Positions 34,976 through 43,436 of a stretch of DNA of 64,000 bases are shown here, piece after piece; within the stretch, counting starts at the first letter, position 1, and each line of letters starts with the position of its first letter. The notes beneath the pieces are model-generated. The model did no database searches and was not told where the DNA came from. It worked only from the letters and a program-made list of their open reading frames with translations. The translations under genes were made by a program, and so were the position numbers. Source of the DNA: a bacterium (GTDB lineage Bacteria > Patescibacteriota > Patescibacteriia > Patescibacteriales > UBA12465); the NCBI GenBank assembly GCA_035400585.1, contig DAOMZR010000001.1, forward strand, positions 191,347 to 255,346, read 5' to 3'.

Positions 34976-37528
34976 TTATTTTAAATAATCCTTCAAATAT
35001 TTGCCGGTAATACTCTTTTCATTTCTGATAATATCCTCCGGTTCACCACTAGCTAGTAAATATCCACCCTTTTCTCCTCCATCGGGTCCTAAATCAATCA
35101 AATAATCCATTGATTTAAGCATGTGCATATTGTGCTCAATTACTATTACGGTATGCCCTTTTTCTACTAATTTACTTAAAACTTGAAGCAACATTTCAAT
35201 GTCCTGATAATGAAGTCCAGTTGTCGGTTCATCTAATAAATACAAAGTTTTTTGACCCAAAACATAGTTTAATTCTTTGGCAATTTTTACTCTTTGAGCT
35301 TCTCCACCAGAAAGTGTGGTTGCACTTTGCCCCAGTTTTAAGTAACCAAGACCAACTGATTTTAAAATATTAAGTTTATCGGTTATATAATAATTACCAT
35401 CAAAAAGCTTAATTGCCTCTTCAACACTCAGATCTAAAACATCGGAAATACTATGATTTTTATACTCCACCTGCAAAGTCTCTCTATTGAACCTTTTGCC
35501 TCGACAAACCTCGCACTCAACTAGTACTGCTGGCAAAAAATGCATTTCTATAAGGTTAAATCCAGCACCCTGACAAGCCTCACAGCGCCCACCAGCACGA
35601 TTAAACGAAAAACGCGATAAAGTATAACCTCTTTCTTTAGATTCTGGTAGTTCAGCAAAAAAATCCCTGATTGGCGTAAAAATACCGGTATAAGTAGCTG
35701 GATTTGACCTGGGAGTTCTACCTATAGGAGATTGATCGATAACTGATATTTTATTTATATACTCAGTTCCTTTTATATCTTCCACGTCTATTAATTTATT
35801 CTTTTTGCCAGGATTATTCTTTATATGTACAATATTTTTATACAGAACATCATACAACAAGGAAGATTTTCCACTACCAGACACACCACACAAACCAACA
35901 AGCCTTCCCAATGGTATTTCCAGATTAATATTCTTTAAATTATTAGCCCTAGCCCCCTTTATACTTATAAAACCTTTATTTTGAGATCTTCTTTTATTCG
36001 GCAATTCTATTCTTTTTACGCCATTTAAGTATTCCAAGGTCAAAGAATTTGAACTTTTATTGGCATTTATTTCTTTATTGACTACTTTTTTTGTACTTAA
36101 TTTTAAATTATCGTTCTTTTTTACTAAATCAGCTGTATATCCAATCTCAACAATTTCACCGCCATTTATACCAGCTCCAGGGCCTAAATCAACTAAATAA
36201 TCAGAATTGAGTATCGTTTGTTCGTCATGTTCCACTAAAATTACTGTATTACCCTTGTCTCTAAGGGATTTTAAGGTATCTATCAGTTTAAAAGTGTCCC
36301 TTTCGTGAAGACCAATGGTCGGTTCGTCTAAAACGTATAGAGTTCTAGATAATTGTGAGCCAATTTGAGAAGAAAGCCTTATTCTTTGGGCTTCTCCGCC
36401 AGAAAGCGTTTCAGCTTCCCTATTTAAAGTTAAATAGGATAGACCAACCTTATTCAAAAACTCCAACCTATCTATAATTTGTTGCATAACAGCTGAAACA
36501 ATTTCCATTTGGCGTTTATTCAAATTCCCCAAAACAACTTCAAAAAACAAATATGCTTCTTCTAAAGACAAGGCTGTAACTTCGGCTATATTTTTGTTAT
36601 TTATTCTCACTGACAAAGATTCTTCTCTAAGTCTTTGACCGCTACACTTAGGACAAACATCGCTGGCATAAAAACCGACCTTACCCAAACCAGAACAAGA
36701 AGGACAGGCTCCGTGAGGAGAATTAAAAGAAAAAAGACGTGGTTCAACCTCTGGAAAAGCAAAATTATCATTAGGACAAGTCCAATTTGAAGAAAGTAAA
36801 AATTCTTCTTTTTCTAGCCCAACATAAACCAAGCCCTTACTATAAGCAATAGCATTTTCAATGGCCTCAAACAAGCGAGAACCATCACTTGGCAAAACTT
36901 TATCAATAACAATATCTATATCATGTTTTTGATTGGGATTTAATTTAATTTGATCTCTAAGGGATTGTATTTTCCCATCAATTCTAGCCTCTGAGTATCC
37001 CAAAGATAAATAATCATAAAGTAATTGATAATATTCACCCTTTCTTCCTCTAATTACTGGCGATATTATTGTTAAATATTTACTACCAGAATCTTTAGCT
37101 CTATTAATGGAAATATCAACCATTTCTTCTAGTGATAATTTCTGGATTTTATGACCACACAAAGGACAGAACACTTCTCCTAAACGAGCGTAAAGCACTC
37201 TTAAATAATCATAAATTTCAGTAAGAGTTCCAACAGTAGACCGTGGATTATGCGACAAAGCTTTCTGATCAATAGATATAGCTGGAGCGAGTCCAATAAT
37301 TTCATCAACATCGGCCGGTTTCTTTTGGCCCAAAAACTGACGCATATATGGAGAAAGTGATTCAACATAACGCCTTTGTCCTTCGGCAAAAATTGTATCA
37401 AAAGCCAAGGAGGACTTACCGCTACCAGAAACACCAGTAATCACCGTTAACTGATTGTGTGGAATTTCTAAATCAATATTTTTTAAGTTGTGCATTCGTG
37501 CCCCACGAATGATTATTTTGTCGTTCAT
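34976..37528 (-). CDS. uvrA: Excinuclease ABC subunit A (850 aa, shortened)
   Basis: Two ABC modules ('GVSGSGKSSLAFDT', 'GVSGSGKSSLLYDV', 'LSGGEAQR' x2) and zinc modules ('CPLCGHKI', 'CPSCSGLGKV...CPKCSGQRL', 'CEACQGAG...CEVCRGKRF'). Confidence 0.95.
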   Translation of the reverse strand: MNDKIIIRGARMHNLKNIDLEIPHNQLTVITGVSGSGKSSLAFDTIFAEGQRRYVESLSPYMRQFLGQKKPADVDEIIGLAPAISIDQKALSHNPRSTVGTLTEIYDYLRVLYARLGEVFCPLCGHKIQKLSLEEMVDISINRAKDSGSKYLTIISPVIRGRKGEYYQLLYDYLSLGYSEARIDGKIQSLRDQIKLNPNQKHDIDIVIDKVLPSDGSRLFEAIENAIAYSKGLVYVGLEKEEFLLSSNWTCPNDNFAFPEVEPRLFSFNSPHGACPSCSGLGKVGFYASDVCPKCSGQRLREESLSVRINNKNIAEVTALSLEEAYLFFEVVLGNLNKRQMEIVSAVMQQIIDRLEFLNKVGLSYLTLNREAETLSGGEAQRIRLSSQIGSQLSRTLYVLDEPTIGLHERDTFKLIDTLKSLRDKGNTVILVEHDEQTILNSDYLVDLGPGAGINGGEIVEIGYTADLVKKNDNLKLSTKKVVNKEINANKSSNSLTLEYLNGVKRIELPNKRRSQNKGFISIKGARANNLKNINLEIPLGRLVGLCGVSGSGKSSLLYDVLYKNIVHIKNNPGKKNKLIDVEDIKGTEYINKISVIDQSPIGRTPRSNPATYTGIFTPIRDFFAELPESKERGYTLSRFSFNRAGGRCEACQGAGFNLIEMHFLPAVLVECEVCRGKRFNRETLQVEYKNHSISDVLDLSVEEAIKLFDGNYYITDKLNILKSVGLGYLKLGQSATTLSGGEAQRVKIAKELNYVLGQKTLYLLDEPTTGLHYQDIEMLLQVLSKLVEKGHTVIVIEHNMHMLKSMDYLIDLGPDGGEKGGYLLASGEPEDIIRNEKSITGKYLKDYLK

Positions 37529-37529
37529 A

Positions 37530-39374
37530 TTAATCTTTTTTTTCTAAATCCAAAAAATCTTCAACTTTTTTAATAATCGTTTCTGGATTGATGTTGTATT
37601 TTTTGTTATAAGCTAACTGTTTTTTTCTTCTTCTCTCCACTTCTTTAACCGCATTTTTAATTGAGCCAGTCATGTTATCGGCATACAAAATAATTTTACC
37701 TCTTACGTTACGCGCAGCTCTACCCATTGTTTGAATAAGCGACGTTTGGCTACGCAAAAAACCTTCACGATCAGCGTCTAAAATAGCCACTAATGACACT
37801 TCCGGCAAATCTAATCCCTCACGAAGCAAATTAACACCAATTAAAATATCAAATTTACCCAAACGAAAATCTTTTAAAATTTCAGTTCTAGCCAAAGTCT
37901 TAACGTCGGAGTGAAGATAGTTTGATTTTATATTTTTTTGTTTTAAATAAACATCCAAGTCTTCCGCTTGTTTTTTAGTCAACGTATTAATAATAACTCT
38001 TTCGCTCTTTTTAATTATCTTCTCCGATTCTTCTATTATATCATTAATTTGACTGTGATTATTTTTTTTATCAAAAACTGGTCTAATTTCAATTTCTGGA
38101 TCAACTAAACCCGTGGGACGAATTACTTGTTCAGCTATTTGTTTAGATTTTTCTAATTCAAATTTTCCTGGAGTGGCAGTTGTAAAAATTGTTTGTGAAA
38201 TTCTTTTTTCAAATTCACCAAATCTAAGCGGACGATTATCTAGTGCCGAAGGTAAACGCCAGCCATATTTAACCAAAGTTTCTTTACGACTTCTATCACC
38301 AGCATACATCCCACCAATTTGAGGAACAGCAATATGACTTTCATCTATTACTAGTAAAAAATCGGGCTTACCATTTTTGTCTCTAGGAAAATATTCCAAA
38401 AGAGAATCTGGAGATTCTCCAGCTAACTTACCAGTTAAGTGTCGAGAATAATTTTCAATGCCATGACAATAGCCAAGACTTCGAAGCATTTCTATGTCAT
38501 ATTTCACTCTTCGTTCTAATCTTTCAGCTTCTAAATATAGCTTATTCTTTTTAAAATATTTTAAACGATCTTTCAGCTCCTCTTTAATACTTTCTATCGC
38601 TTGCTCTATTTGGGGCTTAGTAGAAATAAAATGTTTTGGCGGAAAAATGACTATTTCTGGTAAGTGTTCTAAAATATTTTTAGTAGTATTATCAATAATA
38701 CTTAAATCAGAAACTTTTTGTTCGTTTAAATCTAATCGATAAATAATATTTTCCGACATTGGTCTAATTTCAAAAACATCCCCTCTAACTCTAAACTGAC
38801 CGCGTTTAACATCTCCCAACGATCTTTCAAATTGCATTTTTATCAATTGTGAAATCAAATCTGATCTAGTTAATGGTTTATCTTTTTCTAAATGTAAAGC
38901 GGCTTCCATGTAACTAACTGGAACACCTAGGTTATAAATACAAGAAACCGAAGCCACAATAATAACATCTCGACGAGAAAGAAGAGCCGAGGTTGCTCCG
39001 TGGCGAAGCCTGTCGATTTCATCATTAATCATTGCTTCTTTTTCAATATAAGTATCAGAATTGGGCATGTAAGCTTCTGGCTGGTAGTAATCATAATAAG
39101 AAACAAAATAATGGACAGCGTTCTCGGGAAAAAAATTTTTGTATTCTCGATATAGTTGAGCGGCTAAGGACTTATTGGGAGCCATAACCAAAACCGGTCT
39201 ATTTAGCTCTTGAATAATGTTAGCCACCGTGAAGGTTTTCCCTGAGCCAGTTACACCAAGCAGTGTTTGATAATCAAAACCCCTCTCTATTCCTTGCAGG
39301 AGCTTTTTAATGGCCTCTGGCTGATCACCAGCCGGCTTAAAACCTGATTTAAGTTTAAACAATTTTTCCTTCAC
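37530..39374 (-). CDS. uvrB: Excinuclease ABC subunit B (614 aa, lacks the C-terminal UVR domain)
   Basis: 'GVTGSGKTFT', 'YFVSYYDYYQPEAY', 'DESH' and 'GRAARNVRGKIILYAD'. The protein ends shortly after 'ETIIKKVEDFLDLEKKD'. Confidence 0.95.
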   Translation of the reverse strand: MKEKLFKLKSGFKPAGDQPEAIKKLLQGIERGFDYQTLLGVTGSGKTFTVANIIQELNRPVLVMAPNKSLAAQLYREYKNFFPENAVHYFVSYYDYYQPEAYMPNSDTYIEKEAMINDEIDRLRHGATSALLSRRDVIIVASVSCIYNLGVPVSYMEAALHLEKDKPLTRSDLISQLIKMQFERSLGDVKRGQFRVRGDVFEIRPMSENIIYRLDLNEQKVSDLSIIDNTTKNILEHLPEIVIFPPKHFISTKPQIEQAIESIKEELKDRLKYFKKNKLYLEAERLERRVKYDIEMLRSLGYCHGIENYSRHLTGKLAGESPDSLLEYFPRDKNGKPDFLLVIDESHIAVPQIGGMYAGDRSRKETLVKYGWRLPSALDNRPLRFGEFEKRISQTIFTTATPGKFELEKSKQIAEQVIRPTGLVDPEIEIRPVFDKKNNHSQINDIIEESEKIIKKSERVIINTLTKKQAEDLDVYLKQKNIKSNYLHSDVKTLARTEILKDFRLGKFDILIGVNLLREGLDLPEVSLVAILDADREGFLRSQTSLIQTMGRAARNVRGKIILYADNMTGSIKNAVKEVERRRKKQLAYNKKYNINPETIIKKVEDFLDLEKKD

Positions 39375-39429
39375 AAATTTATAAAATTTATATCAATTTT
39401 AGATAATTATAACATTATTAAATTAAATA

Positions 39430-39500
39430 AAAAAGGGTTGAACCAATTCAACCCGATGATATAATAAAGGGAAGCTAAATTTGCTTCCCTTATATTTTTT
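39430..39500 (-). terminator. Tandem rho-independent terminators downstream of the 140-aa exported ORF (upstream of uvrB)
   Basis: Minus strand: GGGAAGC-AAAUUUA-GCUUCCC + UUUAUUA (39469-39489), then GGGUUGAA-UUGG-UUCAACCC + UUUUUUAUUU (39435-39454). Confidence 0.7.
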
Positions 39501-39508
39501 TGCTTGGT

Positions 39509-39931
39509 TTAAACTGGAGAAAGCCAGAAAAAACCATTTTTAATAACTATTTCTGCCGGAACAACACCCAAATATATACGGTCATTGTAACAACCTTCTT
39601 CAATATTGGGACTTTCAATAAAAACAAAAACTAAAATTTTTGATTTTTCCTTTAATTCTTTTTTGGAATAAATGTCTACAACAATGCTTTTGGGTGAAAA
39701 CTTTTTTACCAAATAGCTTTCCAAAGCAACATTAAAAGAATACTTGCTTGTCAGACCATAAACCTCTTCAGAACTAAGAAAAAATTTTTGTGTTGACAAC
39801 AAGATGCTATCTTTAATATTAAGCGCTGTTTTGATTTCTTTTAAATCCACTAAAACCGAAACTGTTCTTTTCTGCGAAAAGGCAGAGATCACAACACAAA
39901 TCAAGATCAAAATAATAGTTACCTTTTTCAT
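39509..39931 (-). CDS. Hypothetical exported protein (140 aa)
   Basis: Signal peptide 'MKKVTIILILICVVISAFSQ'. No family recognised. Confidence 0.5.
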   Translation of the reverse strand: MKKVTIILILICVVISAFSQKRTVSVLVDLKEIKTALNIKDSILLSTQKFFLSSEEVYGLTSKYSFNVALESYLVKKFSPKSIVVDIYSKKELKEKSKILVFVFIESPNIEEGCYNDRIYLGVVPAEIVIKNGFFWLSPV

Positions 39932-40081
39932 GTTTCTTTTTTTTAGGTTAATATAATCAACATTTAAAAAATTCTTAGAAATTAAGGATGTTTTAGATGT
40001 TAACTATTTTAACCATCTTTTTAAAGAGCCTTGCTACGACTTTCAACTATAACATATTTAAAAATATTTGTCAATAGTTAC

Positions 40082-40315
40082 TTATTTTTTACTCTTTTTT
40101 AAAATAAAACAACTTAAAACAAAAGAGATTAAAAAGAATAAAGCACCATAAAAACAAGGGGTTATAAAGGGATTTACAACCTGACCGCCAGGAGCACAAC
40201 CCAAAGAGCATGGTTCATAGTTTAACCAATCTCTTAATTCTATCGAAAAATTAATAAGAGCAAACAACGTTCCAAATAAAAGAACATAAAATTGAACTAA
40301 AATTAGTTTTTTCAT
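40082..40315 (-). CDS. Small (77 aa) two-TM membrane protein with four Cys in the loop / second TM
   Basis: 'NYEPCSLGCAPGGQVVNPFITPCFYGALFF' is reminiscent of DsbB/VKOR-type loops, but the protein is far too short to assign. Confidence 0.4.
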   Translation of the reverse strand: MKKLILVQFYVLLFGTLFALINFSIELRDWLNYEPCSLGCAPGGQVVNPFITPCFYGALFFLISFVLSCFILKKSKK

Positions 40316-40358
40316 ACTTTTAAAAAATCAATTATATATAAGTTTAACTATTTTTAAA

Positions 40359-40820
40359 CTAATAATGATATCTTTTTCCCTTTTCAATACTAACCGCTCG
40401 ATAAATTTGCTCAACTAAAATAGCTTTAGCCATCTCATGCAAAAAAGTCATTTTAGACAGTGATAACCTTTGATAATCAATTAAAATATCAAAATTAAAA
40501 CCTAAAGCTCCAGCAATTACAAAAATTATTGGCCGATCAATAGAAAATATTTTCTCAGAAAATTGAATTGAATCCAGCTCTTGTCCATTTTCTGACAACA
40601 AAAAAATCTCAGAATTTTTATTTTTATTTAAAAATTCTAAAATTCTTTCACTTTCCTGCTGTTTAACAATTGAAATATTTTTTTCAGAAAAACTTTTGGC
40701 TGGCAATTCAACAAAATCTAGCTTTATTTCTTTACTCAATCTTTTACTGTATTCATTTATTATTTCGCGATAATATTTTTCTTTAACAGCCCCGATACTT
40801 AAAATTGTTATTTTTTTCAT
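40359..40820 (-). CDS. rlmH: 23S rRNA (pseudouridine1915-N3)-methyltransferase RlmH (SPOUT)
   Basis: 'IIFVIAGALGFN', 'RLSLSKMTFLHEMAKAILVEQIYRA' and a C-terminal 'KGKRYHY'. Confidence 0.85.
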   Translation of the reverse strand: MKKITILSIGAVKEKYYREIINEYSKRLSKEIKLDFVELPAKSFSEKNISIVKQQESERILEFLNKNKNSEIFLLSENGQELDSIQFSEKIFSIDRPIIFVIAGALGFNFDILIDYQRLSLSKMTFLHEMAKAILVEQIYRAVSIEKGKRYHY

Positions 40821-40914
40821 AAAACAATATTAACATAAAAAATAGGTAAAAGATAGTTGACTTTTCTCCTTATTTTATGTTAGCATTTATAGTTCGTTGA
40901 ACATTAAAAACTAA

Positions 40915-42504
40915 ATGAAAATCATAAACCAAAATAATCAGAAAATGAAAAGAAACCTGTTTTTATCGCTACTAGCGATATTTGTCTTGCTTGAAATTAG
41001 CAAGGCTCAAATAGTTGAACTCCAAGGAATTAATTGTCCCGGAGAGTTTACTGGTAAACTAGGTGTTGTTACCGATTTTGGTACCGAACCCTATACATAC
41101 CTTTGGAATACCGGAGAAACTACAAATATTATCTCAGGACTTAGTTCTGGATTTTATTCTGTTTCCGTAACCGATGCATTATTGGTAAATCGAGTTTTTA
41201 ATTACAATTTAAACGACCCACTACCAATAACAAACTCTTATTTAACAACTAATAATTCCTCTTGGCCAAACCCAACCGGAACTATTAGTGTAACATCTAG
41301 CGGAGGCACTGGTTGGTATGCCTATTATCTACAAGATAGTACTAGCCAAAAATACATTAATCAATCTGGACCAAACTTTTCTAATCTTTACTCTGGTACT
41401 TATTATTTAGAAACCTTTGATTTAAATGGTTGCCAAAGAAAAGATACTGTTTTAGTTGGTGAAGATGCTGGAATTATACCTAATAATTTTGATATTGATT
41501 ACACAGTCTGCTATGAAGGCACCGCTCCAATTGACATAGAGCCAGGAACAATTCAGGTTCCAGCCTTAATAATAATTGGAGAGGACACAACAACAATCGT
41601 CAAAATTATTCCTGGTCCTAGGCCATACATCAACAGCTTAAACGATACCTTGTCAGTAATTTCTGGGAATGTCTTGCCTGGAAAAAATGAATTTAAAATT
41701 GTAACCTCCGATAACAAGGGTTTTCGTTACTCGTGGTTCGTTGATAGCGTTTTAACTCCCATAAAAATAACCTGGGAACAAGAAAATGTTTTGTGTCACG
41801 GTGGTAATACTGGAAGAATAATTGTTTTAGCTGAAGGAAGTTATAACGATTTTAGTTATAGAATTACTGGTCCTAATTCCTTTTCTAGCAACAACTCTTC
41901 TATAAACAATTTATATGCCGGCAACTATACCGTTACAGCAGAAGATTCTACTGGTTGTAGCATATCTCAAAGCATTATAATTGAAGAACCGATCGAACCT
42001 CTAAGAATTCATTTTGAAACGTTTAAAACTTTTTGTCCTGAATCCGAAGATGGGAGAATATATATAAGATATATAGAAAATGGTTTACCACCTTTTTCAT
42101 ATCTTTGGAGCACTGGAAATGTTTCTTCTGAAATTGATTCTTTAGAAGTCGGTTGGTACAACCTTCGAGTAACCGATTCCAATGGATGTATCGCTTTAGA
42201 TTCGGCTCAAATTACTGGAGGAAATGAAGTTTGCGTTCCAACTGTAATCACCCCGAACGGAGATGGTCACAACGATTTTTTTAATGTTAACAATTTATGT
42301 TATTACTCAGATATTAAAATCGTTATAACTGATAATTTGGGAAAAATTATTTTTGAAACCAACGATTGCAACAACCTTTGGGATGGCAAAGATAAGTCAG
42401 GAAATCTTGTTGATTCCAAAACCACTGTGTTTGTTTATATTGAACAAACAAAAAATGATGGGACTGTTAAAAAATTCAGAAAAACAGTGACAGTATTATA
42501 TTAG
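40915..42504 (+). CDS. T9SS type-B C-terminal sorting domain protein with SprB-type repeats (gliding-motility-associated CTD, CHU_C-like adhesin)
   Basis: Signal peptide ending 'EISKAQ'. About four repeats of the form 'C.G...G.I...' + '[PF]Y.Y.W..G' + 'G.Y.V.V.D..GC', e.g. 'LCHGGNTGRIIVLAEG' and 'FCPESEDGRIYIRYIENGLPPFSYLWSTG...WYNLRVTDSNGC'. The CTD is 'CVPTVITPNGDGHNDFFNV...LWDGKDKSGNLV...VFVY'. Confidence 0.85.
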   Translation: MKIINQNNQKMKRNLFLSLLAIFVLLEISKAQIVELQGINCPGEFTGKLGVVTDFGTEPYTYLWNTGETTNIISGLSSGFYSVSVTDALLVNRVFNYNLNDPLPITNSYLTTNNSSWPNPTGTISVTSSGGTGWYAYYLQDSTSQKYINQSGPNFSNLYSGTYYLETFDLNGCQRKDTVLVGEDAGIIPNNFDIDYTVCYEGTAPIDIEPGTIQVPALIIIGEDTTTIVKIIPGPRPYINSLNDTLSVISGNVLPGKNEFKIVTSDNKGFRYSWFVDSVLTPIKITWEQENVLCHGGNTGRIIVLAEGSYNDFSYRITGPNSFSSNNSSINNLYAGNYTVTAEDSTGCSISQSIIIEEPIEPLRIHFETFKTFCPESEDGRIYIRYIENGLPPFSYLWSTGNVSSEIDSLEVGWYNLRVTDSNGCIALDSAQITGGNEVCVPTVITPNGDGHNDFFNVNNLCYYSDIKIVITDNLGKIIFETNDCNNLWDGKDKSGNLVDSKTTVFVYIEQTKNDGTVKKFRKTVTVLY

Positions 42505-42527
42505 TACTAACAACAAAAATCTAAACA

Positions 42528-43436
42528 ATGAAAAAAATTAAAGTTTTCTCTTTGTTGATAGTGCTATCAACAGGAGTGTTGGCTCAAAATTGGGGAGAAT
42601 ATGATCCCTATCTTTCCAACCCTAGTCTTGGCGCTCACAATGAAATGTTAAAAATAGGATCATTGTATCAGACTGAAATGACCGCTTATGACTACAATCC
42701 AAAATCTTGGTTGTTTTGGGCTACAAGCCCTTTTAATAACCAAAGAGTGGCCTGGGGATTGAAGCTTTCTTCAATTGAAGGTGGTGTTTTAAAAAACACA
42801 TCAGCTGAAGCAAATTTTATATATAATATCCCCTTAAGCGAAACACGTCTGTCATTTTCCTTAGGAGGAAGTGTTAATCAACTTCAATTAATTCGTGAAA
42901 GAGTTGAGGTTTATGATTTAAACGACCCAATTATTCAAGGCGCTGAAAGTGGAAATTGGTTCAATGCAAATTTTGGAATATCTTTTTCAAAAGTAAATAC
43001 CTATTATTTTGGATTGGCAGCTTATAATCTACTACCAAGTCAAACCAATTGGATGGTGTCTAGCTTTGAAAACAAATCAAAAATTACATATAATCTTTCG
43101 GGAATGTATACTTTTGATTTTTTAGAAGGAAATTTGCAATGGGAACTGACTGGACTTGCCTCAACCAATCATCCCGAAAATTTTGACTTGTTAAAATATT
43201 GTATTTCAACCAGAATAATGTTTTTTAAAAAAAGCTTCTGGATTGGAACCGGATATTTAAACGAGACAACAATTAAGGGTAATTTTGGTGTCAATGTTCA
43301 GAATGTATCATTTGCCTATACTGGATACTATTCTCTAGGGACAGCAAGCAATTACGGCTACTCCTTCACTAAACATGAGGTTGTCGTAATATTAAAATTA
43401 CCTTACAGTAAAGCATCAAAAAACAGTGGCGCATGA
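42528..43436 (+). CDS. PorP/SprF-family type IX secretion system membrane protein (outer-membrane beta-barrel type)
   Basis: Signal peptide 'LSTGVLAQ', then 'NPSLGAHNEM' (compare the family 'NPAYAG' motif). Alternating beta-strand pattern, ~300 aa, positioned directly after a type-B CTD cargo gene as in Bacteroidota. Confidence 0.7.
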   Translation: MKKIKVFSLLIVLSTGVLAQNWGEYDPYLSNPSLGAHNEMLKIGSLYQTEMTAYDYNPKSWLFWATSPFNNQRVAWGLKLSSIEGGVLKNTSAEANFIYNIPLSETRLSFSLGGSVNQLQLIRERVEVYDLNDPIIQGAESGNWFNANFGISFSKVNTYYFGLAAYNLLPSQTNWMVSSFENKSKITYNLSGMYTFDFLEGNLQWELTGLASTNHPENFDLLKYCISTRIMFFKKSFWIGTGYLNETTIKGNFGVNVQNVSFAYTGYYSLGTASNYGYSFTKHEVVVILKLPYSKASKNSGA

